NCBI GenBank assembly: GCA_963675665.1 | Contig: OY776510.1 | Coordinates: 4,224,001-4,288,000, forward strand | Origin: Spirochaetia bacterium | GTDB taxonomy: Bacteria; Spirochaetota; Spirochaetia; UBA9216 | DNA length: 64,000 bases | Direction: 5' to 3' | In this document: piece after piece, positions 30,289-40,203 of the stretch | Layout: the number at the start of each line of letters is the position of its first letter | How positions within the stretch are numbered: the stretch's first letter is position 1 | The notes under the pieces: model-generated | Databases searched by the model: none | Seen by the model: the letters and a program-made list of their open reading frames with translations, nothing else | Told to the model about the DNA's origin: nothing | Translations under genes and position numbers: made by a program

Positions 30289-31242
30289 TTATTCTGTACT
30301 TCTGGTTGTACAGCCATAGTCTTCCGGCCTCTTTTTCTTTATTTGAACCAATATCGCACCTGCAGCTATTACGAACAGAGAGAGCAGTTTCTGTGTCGAT
30401 AAGTACAAATCCAAAAAGATTATGGACAATATGGCTATTTGAATCAACATTGTTCCGTTGATTATACTTGATTCCATCGCAGTTAAAGTTCTTAATGATA
30501 AATTCCACAGTGTAAAAGCAAATGCCGTATTGATGAACGCTAACCAGACCAGAGATACCAGGTTTTTCAGGCTGAGCATATAAAAACCTTCTATTGTTAA
30601 TCCTGCCGCCAACAACACCGTTGCTCCCGCGCCCATGCTTATCAAAGTTACATTTACAGGATCTATTTCCTGTTTCATATTGATTTTTCTTCCAAGAACA
30701 GAGGAAAAAGCATTAGCCAGTACACCCAGCATCATTATAAAAATCCCGTTTTTTTCTTCGTTCAAAATATCGAAAGGTTTAAAATATAAGAGTATTCCGA
30801 TAATAAAAATCAAAACCCCTGCCCCCTGCAGGATATTCGGTTTCTCTCTCAGAAAGACCATCCCCAATATTACGACAACCAGAGGTGTAAAATTCAACAT
30901 CAGGCTTACAGTAACGGTTGATATCATCGAAAGCCCGATAAATTGTATTCCCTGGGTAATAGTATAGAACACAAGACCGAGCAGAATCAGCAGCATCCAG
31001 TTCTTTCTGCTCAGCCTTCCAAGCTCTTTAATTTTATTTCTCCTGCAGGCAGCAGGAATCAAAATCATAAACGCCAGAAAATATCTAAACCCTGCGAATG
31101 TAATCGGGGGTATCTCACCCAGTCCGTTTTTAATAATTATAAATGATGTTGACCATAAAAAAGTTACAACGAGCGCCAGGAATATTGCCTTCAACTTTTG
31201 TTTCCTGTTCTTTTTCAGTTCTGAAAACTTATTTTTTTTCAT
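30289..31242 (-). CDS. DMT/EamA-family transporter
   Basis: LWSTSF, AGFRY, FLREKP, NTAFAFTLWN; about 10 TM; start ATG 31242. Confidence 0.88.
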   Translation of the reverse strand: MKKNKFSELKKNRKQKLKAIFLALVVTFLWSTSFIIIKNGLGEIPPITFAGFRYFLAFMILIPAACRRNKIKELGRLSRKNWMLLILLGLVFYTITQGIQFIGLSMISTVTVSLMLNFTPLVVVILGMVFLREKPNILQGAGVLIFIIGILLYFKPFDILNEEKNGIFIMMLGVLANAFSSVLGRKINMKQEIDPVNVTLISMGAGATVLLAAGLTIEGFYMLSLKNLVSLVWLAFINTAFAFTLWNLSLRTLTAMESSIINGTMLIQIAILSIIFLDLYLSTQKLLSLFVIAAGAILVQIKKKRPEDYGCTTRSTE

Positions 31243-31304
31243 ACCAGACCTTAATAAACTGCAGCCGGTCATTTTATCACAAAAACAGAATTTTCCAAAC
31301 TTTA

Positions 31305-31754
31305 TTATTCCCACTTCTGAATTTCAACGATATTGCCTTCAGGGTCTCTTGCATAAACAACTGAAATCTTTCCCGCCCCTTCAATATACGTATCAACCAG
31401 TTTGCCCAAAACCGTGCCGCCGTTATCCAGCAGAAGATTCAGTTTCTCTTCAACATTCTCAACAGCGAATGCGATATGTCCGAAACCTTCCATATTTATC
31501 CGTTTGCCCGGATTTTCCAGGTTATGGTTGTATTCAAAAATTTCCAGTGTAGGCCCGTCGGAGACGTATCCCGGAAGCTGAAGATGCATCCCTCTTATCA
31601 CTGCGCTGTCAAGATCTGTCAGGTCATCAACCCACTCTCCGGCTAAATTCCTTTCCGAAGATCCGGGCCTGCAGTCGAAGACCTTTATATAAAAATCCGC
31701 CAACTCTCTCCAGTTCCCCGATATTATGTTTACATGTGAAAATTTTGTTTTCAT
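31305..31754 (-). CDS. VOC/glyoxalase-family protein
   Basis: HVNI..FY..VF, LEIFEY, HIAFAV, DPEGNIVE. Confidence 0.9.
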   Translation of the reverse strand: MKTKFSHVNIISGNWRELADFYIKVFDCRPGSSERNLAGEWVDDLTDLDSAVIRGMHLQLPGYVSDGPTLEIFEYNHNLENPGKRINMEGFGHIAFAVENVEEKLNLLLDNGGTVLGKLVDTYIEGAGKISVVYARDPEGNIVEIQKWE

Positions 31755-31780
31755 CCAAAACTCCTTTTTTATTTTATTTC

Positions 31781-32092
31781 TTATCTCGAATATGCCTGTA
31801 TTTTATCAATACAGCCGCTACTGTACGCCTTGTTTATTAATTTCCAGTCATTTCTTCGTTCAAAAAATAATGCACAGTAATTACGCTGAATCTGCGTGCC
31901 GTAAAAAAGATAATAAGATAAACGTTCTATCCCCTCCCTGTTCGTTACAAAACCCAGATAAAAATCAACAGCCCGGGTTATCGGCAAATCAGCATTATCC
32001 AATTCCGTCATTATAAAATCAATATCAGAAGAATCACCTCTTTGAGCTTTTAATTTTATGGAATCAAAAAGATCTGTGTAATTCACCTTCAA
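31781..32092 (-). CDS. Small hypothetical protein coupled to MarR
   Basis: 103-aa ORF overlapping MarR stop (TTGA); alternative GTG 32086 has a better SD. Confidence 0.65.
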   Translation of the reverse strand: MKVNYTDLFDSIKLKAQRGDSSDIDFIMTELDNADLPITRAVDFYLGFVTNREGIERLSYYLFYGTQIQRNYCALFFERRNDWKLINKAYSSGCIDKIQAYSR

Positions 32093-32538
32093 GCTCCTCT
32101 GCCTCTATCCTTAAAGCGTATTTTGCCGAGTAATTCGATAAGCATCTGTTTATCTTTTTCGGTCAAGCCTGCGCTGATTTTCAGGATTCGGCTGTTATAC
32201 TCCGGGATAATCTTATTCAACAGGTCCTGACCTTTCATAGTTACAGCCAGCTTTTTCTTGCGCCCGTCGTTAAAATCGCTATTGATAGACAAAAATCCCT
32301 GTTCCGACAGTTTTTCAATTGTTCTGGTAATTGCAGGCCGGCTTTTCCCGGTAATTGCCGCAATTTCATTCGGACTGACAACACCGTCAACCGATGCTGT
32401 GACGGCCAAAAGAATGGAAAGCCTGGCCTGGGACATCTTTAACGGTCGCAGATAGTCTTCCAAATCATTTAAAAGCCACATCCCGCTCTGCAGAACGCTC
32501 AGCATTGCATTGAAGGTTAAATCATCCATCTCATTCAT
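32089..32538 (-). CDS. MarR-family transcriptional regulator
   Basis: LSILL..SPNEIA..SRPAITRTIEKL..DGRKK..TMKG; start placed downstream of the TTGACT-17-TAACAT promoter. Confidence 0.88.
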   Translation of the reverse strand: MNEMDDLTFNAMLSVLQSGMWLLNDLEDYLRPLKMSQARLSILLAVTASVDGVVSPNEIAAITGKSRPAITRTIEKLSEQGFLSINSDFNDGRKKKLAVTMKGQDLLNKIIPEYNSRILKISAGLTEKDKQMLIELLGKIRFKDRGRGA

Positions 32539-32541
32539 ATT

Positions 32542-32577
32542 AGTTAACATGTTAACTTCTTTTACGAATAGAGTCAA
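32542..32577 (-). promoter_or_regulatory. MarR promoter with perfect 16-bp operator palindrome over the -10 box
   Basis: AGTTAACATGTTAACT (32542-32557); -35 TTGACT 32577-32572; -10 TAACAT 32554-32549. Confidence 0.7.
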
Positions 32578-32645
32578 TACACATCGGGAACCTCCGTATT
32601 TTCGACAGCCTTGTCTTTTCATGACAATACAGGTAATATCTGCAT

Positions 32646-33758
32646 ATGAACGATACGACAAAAATGAAAATTCCTCAGGGTTCCGAAAGTTTCTTCTTCG
32701 AAGAAGCATTTGTTCACCGGAAGGTAACTGAATCTCTTCAGAACCTGTTCAACAGCTGGGGATATCTTCCTGTAGAAACCCCGGTATTCGATCTTTTCGA
32801 CGTATACCGCTCGCTCATTCCGGAAAATGATACCGATAAAATTTACCGGCTTATCGACAGGGAAGGTGATCTTCTTATGCTTCGCTCGGATATTACGCTT
32901 TTTCTGGCCAGGCAAATGGGACTAATATTAACCGATGACGATCTCCCGACAAGAATATGTTATTCAGACAGTATTTTACGACATCAGCATTCCGAAGATA
33001 TTTCGCATAATGAGTTTTTTCAATCCGGTATAGAGCTTGTAGGCAAATCCGGCTTCGAAGGCGATATGGAGGTTCTTCTGCTCCTGAACAAAGTTATTGA
33101 ACTTCTCGACATCCCTGCAGAAATACACCTGGGTTCACATGCTCTTTTTAACCATGTTTTTAAATCATTTTCTGAGGAACAAAAGACAAAGATCCTAAGA
33201 ATGACCGAGTTAAGAGATTTCAACGGGCTGATCAAGTTCTGTTCTGCCGTATCAGGCAAGGAAAAGGCGGCAGCGGAAGCAGAATTATTGAGTTTTATAG
33301 GCCCTGGAAATGAACTTAAGGATTTGATGAAAATCAAGGCTGCCGGAAGAGATAAAATAAAAGGACTTTTCGGAGAACTTGCTGCAGAAGAACTTGAATA
33401 TCTAATCAGGATTTCCGAAGCGATTGAGAAAGCAGGCTTCGGCGAAAAAATGCTGATTGACCTCAGTGAAGCCGGCAGCCAGGCTTATCATACCGGAATT
33501 GTTTTCCAGGTATATATGCACGGAATGGACTCTGCCGTTATTTCAGGCGGCCGATACGATAATCTTCTGGGCAAATTCGGAATTGATGCTCCCTCGGTCG
33601 GGTTCTCATTGCTGCAGCGAAAAATGGAACCGGGGCTTGGAAACCGGCAGCGCTTTCTGCCGCCGTCGGAGCCGGTAAAAGCCTCCGACACCGATATACT
33701 CAAAGCATTCAAAAAAGCCGAACAAATGAGAAAAGAAGGAAAAACAGTAATATTATGA
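32646..33758 (+). CDS. hisZ: ATP phosphoribosyltransferase regulatory subunit
   Basis: HisRS-like motifs LRSDIT, EFFQSGIE, YHTGIVF, SGGRYD; adjacent to short hisG. Confidence 0.92.
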   Translation: MNDTTKMKIPQGSESFFFEEAFVHRKVTESLQNLFNSWGYLPVETPVFDLFDVYRSLIPENDTDKIYRLIDREGDLLMLRSDITLFLARQMGLILTDDDLPTRICYSDSILRHQHSEDISHNEFFQSGIELVGKSGFEGDMEVLLLLNKVIELLDIPAEIHLGSHALFNHVFKSFSEEQKTKILRMTELRDFNGLIKFCSAVSGKEKAAAEAELLSFIGPGNELKDLMKIKAAGRDKIKGLFGELAAEELEYLIRISEAIEKAGFGEKMLIDLSEAGSQAYHTGIVFQVYMHGMDSAVISGGRYDNLLGKFGIDAPSVGFSLLQRKMEPGLGNRQRFLPPSEPVKASDTDILKAFKKAEQMRKEGKTVIL

Positions 33759-34387
33759 CAAATCAGCCCTTGGTATTCGCTCTGCCGAAAGGCAGGCTTA
33801 TGGAAAAAACGAAGGATCTTTTCAAGAGTTTTGGAATAGATTTTTCATTCGAGGATCGAAAACTTGTTGCCGACGACAGTTCGGGAAACTACAGATTTTT
33901 CCTGGTTAAAAACTCCGATCTGCCCACTTACGTTAATCACGGAATAGCCGGTATGGGAGTCTGCGGATCAGATGTTATCTATGAATCAGGATATGATTTT
34001 TATAAACTGCACACTTTTTCTTTCGGCGGAACAGTTATGTGTCTTGCGGGATTGAAAGGCGCTCATAATTACGGAAACGATGCAGCATTAAAGATTTCAA
34101 CCAAATTTACAAAATTCACCCGCGATTATTATAACCGAAAAAACACTCCCGTAGAGGTAATCAAACTGAACGGTTCTGTTGAACTCGGCCCGGTACTGGG
34201 GCTTTCGCCTTATATTGTAGATCTTGTTGAAACAGGAAACACGCTTAAAGCAAATAATCTTGAAGTAATAAAAACACTTGAAGAAATCAAGGTTCATCTC
34301 ATAGTCAATCCGGCCTATTACAAACTAAACTATAAGCGTATAAACAAATTTGTCGAAGATATAAGGACAGGAGAAAATTTAAAATAG
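33755..34387 (+). CDS. hisG: ATP phosphoribosyltransferase (short form)
   Basis: ALPKGRL, DLPTYV, KLNGSVEL, IVDLVETGNTL. Confidence 0.96.
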   Translation: MTNQPLVFALPKGRLMEKTKDLFKSFGIDFSFEDRKLVADDSSGNYRFFLVKNSDLPTYVNHGIAGMGVCGSDVIYESGYDFYKLHTFSFGGTVMCLAGLKGAHNYGNDAALKISTKFTKFTRDYYNRKNTPVEVIKLNGSVELGPVLGLSPYIVDLVETGNTLKANNLEVIKTLEEIKVHLIVNPAYYKLNYKRINKFVEDIRTGENLK

Positions 34388-34479
34388 CTTCCATGCTATT
34401 TTAAATTTTTGAAGTTTGTTTTTAACAAACTTCATTTACCCATGCTTGCCATCCATGGCAAGAAGTTCTAAAGCAGGAG
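34374..34479 (+). repeat. Three-hairpin structured intercistronic element, copy A (hisG-hisB)
   Basis: 15-bp stem/TTCCAT loop; GAAGTTTGTT-TTT-AACAAACTTC; CTTGCC-ATCCAT-GGCAAG; then AAGTTCTAAAGC-AGGAG. Confidence 0.75.
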
Positions 34480-34484
34480 AAAGA

Positions 34485-35072
34485 ATGGAACCGAGAAGTA
34501 CGGAAATAAAAAGAAAGACCAAAGAAACCGACATTACTGTAGAGCTTAACCTCGACAGCAGTAAAACGCCCGATATTAACACCACCCTGCCCTTCTTTGA
34601 TCATATTCTTTATTCAATGGCTTTCCACGGCGGATTCTTCCTTAAAATAACCGCAAGCGGCGATATCGACGTCGATCCCCACCACCTGGTTGAAGACACA
34701 GGACTTGTTCTTGGAGACGCATTTAAAACTGCAGCATCCAAAGGCGGCGCCATCAGCCGGTTCGGGCACTTTCAAATACCGATGGACGACTCCCTGTCCG
34801 AAATAACGCTCGATGCAGGCGGAAGGCCTTATCTCGTATACAGAGCCGAATTCCCACAGCAACAAGCCGGCAGTTTCGATATTTTTCTGATTAAGGAATT
34901 TCTTAAGGCCTTCAGTGATAAAGCCGGAATTAACCTTCATGCCGAATGCAGATACGGCGAAAACAGCCACCATATGGTCGAAGCATTGTTTAAATCACTC
35001 GGCAAAGCCCTTGGGCAGGCCTATAAAACAGCCGAAGTCAATAAAGTGCGCTCAACAAAGGGAACGTTGTAA
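34485..35072 (+). CDS. hisB: Imidazoleglycerol-phosphate dehydratase
   Basis: RKTKETDI, FFDH, DPHHLVED, PMDD, NSHHMVEALFK, STKG. Confidence 0.97.
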   Translation: MEPRSTEIKRKTKETDITVELNLDSSKTPDINTTLPFFDHILYSMAFHGGFFLKITASGDIDVDPHHLVEDTGLVLGDAFKTAASKGGAISRFGHFQIPMDDSLSEITLDAGGRPYLVYRAEFPQQQAGSFDIFLIKEFLKAFSDKAGINLHAECRYGENSHHMVEALFKSLGKALGQAYKTAEVNKVRSTKGTL

Positions 35073-35116
35073 TAATTCTTGATTTTATATAAATAATTTA
35101 CTATAGTTTAAACTGG

Positions 35117-35449
35117 ATGCAGGAAAAGTACGAAAGTGTATTAAATAATATTCCCCGCGAAGGCTTTATCAAGCTTTCGACAGAACAGCCAGACGGCCTT
35201 TCCAGCGCTGATAAGGCAGCATTAATCAGAAAAGGGAATGTGTTCTTTAATTCCGGCGAATACGAAAAGGCCAAACGTATTTTCATTACAACCGGTTACA
35301 CTGACGGTCTTATCCGTATCGGCGATTTATACCTTAAGCAGGGTGATCCGATTGAAGCAATGAGAATGTACTGGCTGGCACCTGCCCCTGATAAAATTGA
35401 ATCATGGATTGGAAAAGCAGCAGGGATAATCAGCAGATGGATGGACTGA
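35117..35449 (+). CDS. Small TPR-like hypothetical protein
   Basis: LIRKGNVFFNSGEYEKAKRIF; helical pattern. Confidence 0.7.
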   Translation: MQEKYESVLNNIPREGFIKLSTEQPDGLSSADKAALIRKGNVFFNSGEYEKAKRIFITTGYTDGLIRIGDLYLKQGDPIEAMRMYWLAPAPDKIESWIGKAAGIISRWMD

Positions 35450-35482
35450 TATTTAATATGTATATTTACGAAGGAAGGGGAT

Positions 35483-36637
35483 ATGGCAGACATACCAACT
35501 TATCCGGATAGTGAGCCGGAAGAAGGATTCAGAGAAGAAACTGAAGAAGAAAAACTTCTCAATGAAATTTCCGAACTATCCAAAAGAGGCTACCAGCTTC
35601 TTAAGGAAGGTTTGGTTGAAGAAGCAGAGGACTGTTTTCATCAGATTATAGATAAAGATGAACTTAATAATTATGCTTTGGTCGGTCTTGGTGATGCGGC
35701 AAGAAAACGCGGGGATTTCAGACAGGCTGTTGTCTATTATCAGAAATGCCTTGAAATTCACCCAGGGAACAATTATGCGCTCTTTGGTCTGGCCGACTGC
35801 TATAAAGCCCTGAATAAATATAACCAGGCAATCAGAATCTGGGAAGAATATCTGCTCCATGATGATTCCAATATTACCGTTCTGACAAGAGTTGCCGATG
35901 CTTACCGCAAGGTTCGCGACTTCAAGAAATCACGTGAAATATATCTTCGCGTCCTGGAAATGGAACAGGATAATGCATACGCTCTTATAGGACTGGGACA
36001 TCTTCATTATGATTTCAGGGAATACAGGGAAGCACTCAAATACTGGGAAAGAATGTATGAGCTGAACCGAAGCAACGTTGACATAAGGGTACTGACTTCT
36101 CTGGGAAACTGCCATCGAAAACTTCGAACATTCGAGAAAGGCACATTTTATTTTGACAAAGCCCTTGAACTCGAACCGAACAATTTTTATGCGTTGTTCG
36201 GAATGGCCGATTGCTACAGAGGAATGAATGCTCATGCTGAGTCGCTTCAGTACTGGGACAAAATCCTTAATAAAGACCCTGACAACAAGGTCATTCTTAC
36301 CCGTGCCGGAGATGCCTACAGAAATCTTGAGGAATACGACAAAGCTGAAGATTATTACTCAAAAGCTCTCAATATAGAATTTGACGTATATGCCATTCTC
36401 GGACTTGCCCTGATAAACAAACTCAGAGGCAACTATGAAAACTCTATAGAAAGTCTTAAAGGGCTTCTCAGAAATGACCCCAAAAACCACAGGCTGTATA
36501 CCGAAATAGCCGAATGTTATATGCTGCTTGGAGATAAAAACAAGGCTATTGAGATTCTGTCGGATTTTCAGAAACTCGGCATCAGAAACACCTTTGTATC
36601 CAACCTGATTGACAGGCTCAGATCAGGTAACCGTTGA
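35483..36637 (+). CDS. Tetratricopeptide repeat protein
   Basis: Multiple 34-aa TPRs (NNYALVGLG, NNYALFGLA, NAYALIGLG, NFYALFGMA). Confidence 0.92.
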   Translation: MADIPTYPDSEPEEGFREETEEEKLLNEISELSKRGYQLLKEGLVEEAEDCFHQIIDKDELNNYALVGLGDAARKRGDFRQAVVYYQKCLEIHPGNNYALFGLADCYKALNKYNQAIRIWEEYLLHDDSNITVLTRVADAYRKVRDFKKSREIYLRVLEMEQDNAYALIGLGHLHYDFREYREALKYWERMYELNRSNVDIRVLTSLGNCHRKLRTFEKGTFYFDKALELEPNNFYALFGMADCYRGMNAHAESLQYWDKILNKDPDNKVILTRAGDAYRNLEEYDKAEDYYSKALNIEFDVYAILGLALINKLRGNYENSIESLKGLLRNDPKNHRLYTEIAECYMLLGDKNKAIEILSDFQKLGIRNTFVSNLIDRLRSGNR

Positions 36638-37680
36638 CGGATTCTGCTGAGTCAGATAATACCTGCTCTCTTGCCGGCCTTACAGCTGATGAAATTTCGG
36701 CTGTAACAGGGATAAAAGAAAAATACCGCGGCCGGCAGATAGCCGAATGGCTTTTGAAAGGCGTAAAATCATTCGATGAAATGACAAACCTCCCGTCTGC
36801 CCTTCGCGAAAAACTTAAGTCGGGTTTCAGAATATTTTCCTCAGCAGTTGTAAAATCTGATCTTGATTCAGACGGTACCGCAAAAATTGCAGTTCAGCTT
36901 GACGACGGCCTGCTTATAGAAGCTGTAATGCTTACTGATGAAAACAACAGAACTACAGCATGCCTCTCTTCTCAGGCCGGCTGCGCAATGGGCTGCACTT
37001 TCTGCCGAACCGGCAAAATGGGATTGAAAAGAAACCTGAGATCTGCCGAAATAATTGAACAGTTTTTACATCTGAGGAACCTCTACGGTGATATCGGAAA
37101 TATTGTCTATATGGGTATGGGTGAACCGCTGTGCAATACCGATGAGCTTATAAAATCATTAAATTACTTCACCGGGAATCCTGGCCTGAATATGAGCGCC
37201 CGTCGAATAACGGTATCTACATGCGGTGTAATCGAGGGAATCGACAGACTCTGCAGGGATGCCCCGCCTGTCCGCCTGGCGGTTTCACTTGTAAGCGCAG
37301 TCCCCGACGTCAGGACCCGGATAATGCCCGTAACAAAAACCAATAACCTCACTGAACTGAAAAACTCCCTGTTGCGCTATCAGAAAACCGGAGGAAGGCG
37401 AATAACTCTTGAGTGCGCCATAATAAAAGGAATAAACGACTCAGTAAAAGACGCCTCGCTGATTGCCGAATGGTCAGAGGGTTTAAGAGTCAATGTAAAT
37501 GTAATTCCATGGAATCCCGCATCTGAAATTGACTACAAAGAACCTGATCAACGTCAGCTTGAGGCTTTCTGCCGGGAACTGGAACGGAAAAAAATTCCCT
37601 TTACCCGTCGTTACCGAAGAGGAAGAGGTCTGAACGCCGCATGCGGACAACTTGCCACAAACCTGAATACAGAAAGTTAA
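36634..37680 (+). CDS. rlmN: 23S rRNA m2A2503 methyltransferase
   Basis: CAMGCTFC, MGMGEP, ITVSTCG, AACGQL. Confidence 0.95.
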   Translation: MTDSAESDNTCSLAGLTADEISAVTGIKEKYRGRQIAEWLLKGVKSFDEMTNLPSALREKLKSGFRIFSSAVVKSDLDSDGTAKIAVQLDDGLLIEAVMLTDENNRTTACLSSQAGCAMGCTFCRTGKMGLKRNLRSAEIIEQFLHLRNLYGDIGNIVYMGMGEPLCNTDELIKSLNYFTGNPGLNMSARRITVSTCGVIEGIDRLCRDAPPVRLAVSLVSAVPDVRTRIMPVTKTNNLTELKNSLLRYQKTGGRRITLECAIIKGINDSVKDASLIAEWSEGLRVNVNVIPWNPASEIDYKEPDQRQLEAFCRELERKKIPFTRRYRRGRGLNAACGQLATNLNTES

Positions 37681-37749
37681 CCCGCCGGCTTTCCTGCGGA
37701 TTTGAACTGTTTTATTGATAAGCTGTTTCAATTCAGCTATAATTCTTCC

Positions 37750-40194
37750 ATGAAAAATGTAAAATATCTTTCGGCATTTAGCTTTTTTTTATTTTTTCTT
37801 GTTATAAACAGCTTTGCCCTGGATATGAGCGGCAAAGTAACCGCAGAAAACAGCAGCAAAATAGAAAATGCCACCTTAGTCCTGCTTGAACTTGATATGA
37901 TTACAGTAACCGACGCAGAAGGTAATTTTGACTTCCGGGATATACCCGAAGGCTTGTATACAGTTCTGGTTATGGCTCCGGGGTACCCGGAAACGGAATT
38001 CCCCGGCATATCCGCCGGGTATCCGGTAATACTCAGACTTGCGCCCGAAATAATCGAAATGGAAACAATAACAGTAAAGGCGGAAAGAGAAGCAGTAAAA
38101 AATATTAATGACGGGGTAACATCCGAAGAACTTGAAAGACAGCCGGCAGGCTCAGATCCGTTCGATGCGGTTGTTATGGAAGAAGGCATCCTTGATAATC
38201 TAAATATTATGACAGCAGCGGTCTCCGTCAGTGTCTCTCAAAGCAGCCCTGAAACAGGCTCTATAGTGCTGCCCGAAGGAAGACTCTCAAGAACAGGCTA
38301 CGATACAATTTCAGTTTACGGCGGTGAGGCGGACTGGAATAATTATTATTATGATTACATCAGAATGCCGTCAAACAAGCATGATTTCGGATTTCCGGAG
38401 GCCGAACCGGTCATACCGATTGAAGCTGTAGAATCCATTGATGTCTACAGGGGTGCATACCCGCTGGAATACGGTCCGGGCATAGGCGGGTGCTTCGTAC
38501 TGAACCCGATAAAGGCTGCCGACGGCTGGACGGTAGAACTGACTCCTACAACCTCGCAGCTTGCCGGAATCTCGACAATCAGTTTTTCCCCGAATGTAAG
38601 CCTGCTGGCTTCCCTGACACAGTCTATTCTCAATATTACAACACTCCCGTTCATCAATATACTTTTAAAAGCAGAAACTGAAGACGATTTAAACAGTGAA
38701 GGAACTCCTACAAGCATAAACTACGGAGACTTGCTGCTCAGTCTTCGGATAACTCCACCTGATCACCAGGTTTCGGTAGACTTGACAGGTTTCTATGATA
38801 ACTACGGTTTCGACCTCAACGTAAATGAATCATTTTTCAAAATGGATAATATTCCGTATTTTCTTGCTGCCGGGGCCAGATGGCTTTGGTCTGTCACTCC
38901 CGGAATCGGGAATTCTCTTTACCTGTTCGGTTCGCTGTATCAGAATACAGGGAATTTTGATTACGATTTCAGGGGCGAGGCGTTTTATGACAACATCTCT
39001 GTTTTTCATCAGGACTGGGTCTCCAGGGCAAGATCACTACAGGCGGGCGAAGAAGTACAGATAGCCGTAACACCCGATACGCTTCTGTTAACCGGCGCTA
39101 CCGGCCGTATCTCATCGCTGTACGGGACATTGACCGATGATCAATACGCAGAAACCAGCGAAGGAATAATTCTCGCCGATTATTCTCATAGTATCCTGCT
39201 CGAAGATTTGCTGGCGTCTGTTTACGGCTACGGTAAAATAATCGGAAGCATAAAAAACATGGATTATCAACTGGGCTCCGGCGTTTTGTGGTATCCTGAA
39301 ACAATGACGGTAAGACCTGCAGTTGAAGGTGAAGCTGTTTACTCACTGAAAAACAGTTCTTTTGCGTTGTCTGCGGGCTGGTCACCGGGTATTATCGATG
39401 AATTTTCCTTTATAGATCGCCGTCTGGATGAGCTCTATTATAAACTTGAGACGGAAACCGTTGCCGATCAGCCGCCAATGACTGTTACGGGAGCAGGACA
39501 GACGGTTTTCCTGTTTAATGAAGACGACTCTCTTAAATTCTCGCCGTATTATTCCTGGTATTATGATCTTACCGGTTTAAACATGAGTACTTCTTATACC
39601 GATCTCGAAGATACATTCATCTCGCTCGAGCCTTCCGAAGGATATTCCACAGGCATTGATATTAAATGGAGCAGCAAATATGGAGAACATTTCAAATATG
39701 ATATCGGTTATGCTTTTTCCAGGACAAGATATCTGACAAAAGAGTCTGGCTGGATTGTCCCCGGCACTGAGGTTCAGCATGCACTCAAGGGCAGCGCAAC
39801 ATATAAGAAAGAAGGGTTCAAAGCAGGGTTAAAACTCCTGATATACTGCGGGCAGCCGTTTACACCGGAGATTGTTCAGGATTCAATCCCCGAACCGGTA
39901 ACAGTTCTGGGTGATTACAACTCGGCATATAACTATGTTCCTTCATACGAACTTACCGCCAATCTCTCATGGGAAGATCATTCCGATAAGTTCGATACAA
40001 AACTGTTCTTCAACAGTTCCAATCTTGTCGACGGTCTGAACTTCAGCATGTCCGGGTTAAAAGAGGAACTTAAATCTACCGTCGGCGCCACTTCGGCGGA
40101 TTTCAACTCAAGAGATTATAATTTCGATTATACTCTGACTGATCTTTTAATCATGCTGTTAACCTGTGAGATTGGTTTCAGCATATCATTTTAA
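37750..40194 (+). CDS. TonB-dependent receptor-like outer-membrane protein with N-terminal extension
   Basis: Signal peptide; TDAEGNF..GLYTV extension; plug ESIDVYRGAYPLEYG; beta-rich C-term ending ISF; next to exbBD-tonB. Confidence 0.8.
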   Translation: MKNVKYLSAFSFFLFFLVINSFALDMSGKVTAENSSKIENATLVLLELDMITVTDAEGNFDFRDIPEGLYTVLVMAPGYPETEFPGISAGYPVILRLAPEIIEMETITVKAEREAVKNINDGVTSEELERQPAGSDPFDAVVMEEGILDNLNIMTAAVSVSVSQSSPETGSIVLPEGRLSRTGYDTISVYGGEADWNNYYYDYIRMPSNKHDFGFPEAEPVIPIEAVESIDVYRGAYPLEYGPGIGGCFVLNPIKAADGWTVELTPTTSQLAGISTISFSPNVSLLASLTQSILNITTLPFINILLKAETEDDLNSEGTPTSINYGDLLLSLRITPPDHQVSVDLTGFYDNYGFDLNVNESFFKMDNIPYFLAAGARWLWSVTPGIGNSLYLFGSLYQNTGNFDYDFRGEAFYDNISVFHQDWVSRARSLQAGEEVQIAVTPDTLLLTGATGRISSLYGTLTDDQYAETSEGIILADYSHSILLEDLLASVYGYGKIIGSIKNMDYQLGSGVLWYPETMTVRPAVEGEAVYSLKNSSFALSAGWSPGIIDEFSFIDRRLDELYYKLETETVADQPPMTVTGAGQTVFLFNEDDSLKFSPYYSWYYDLTGLNMSTSYTDLEDTFISLEPSEGYSTGIDIKWSSKYGEHFKYDIGYAFSRTRYLTKESGWIVPGTEVQHALKGSATYKKEGFKAGLKLLIYCGQPFTPEIVQDSIPEPVTVLGDYNSAYNYVPSYELTANLSWEDHSDKFDTKLFFNSSNLVDGLNFSMSGLKEELKSTVGATSADFNSRDYNFDYTLTDLLIMLLTCEIGFSISF

Positions 40195-40203
40195 GGAGTG
40201 AAG

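Noticed and set aside
34374-34484. Histidine attenuator or T-box
   Set aside because: No His-codon leader peptide or T-box motif, and the same element precedes an unrelated gene.
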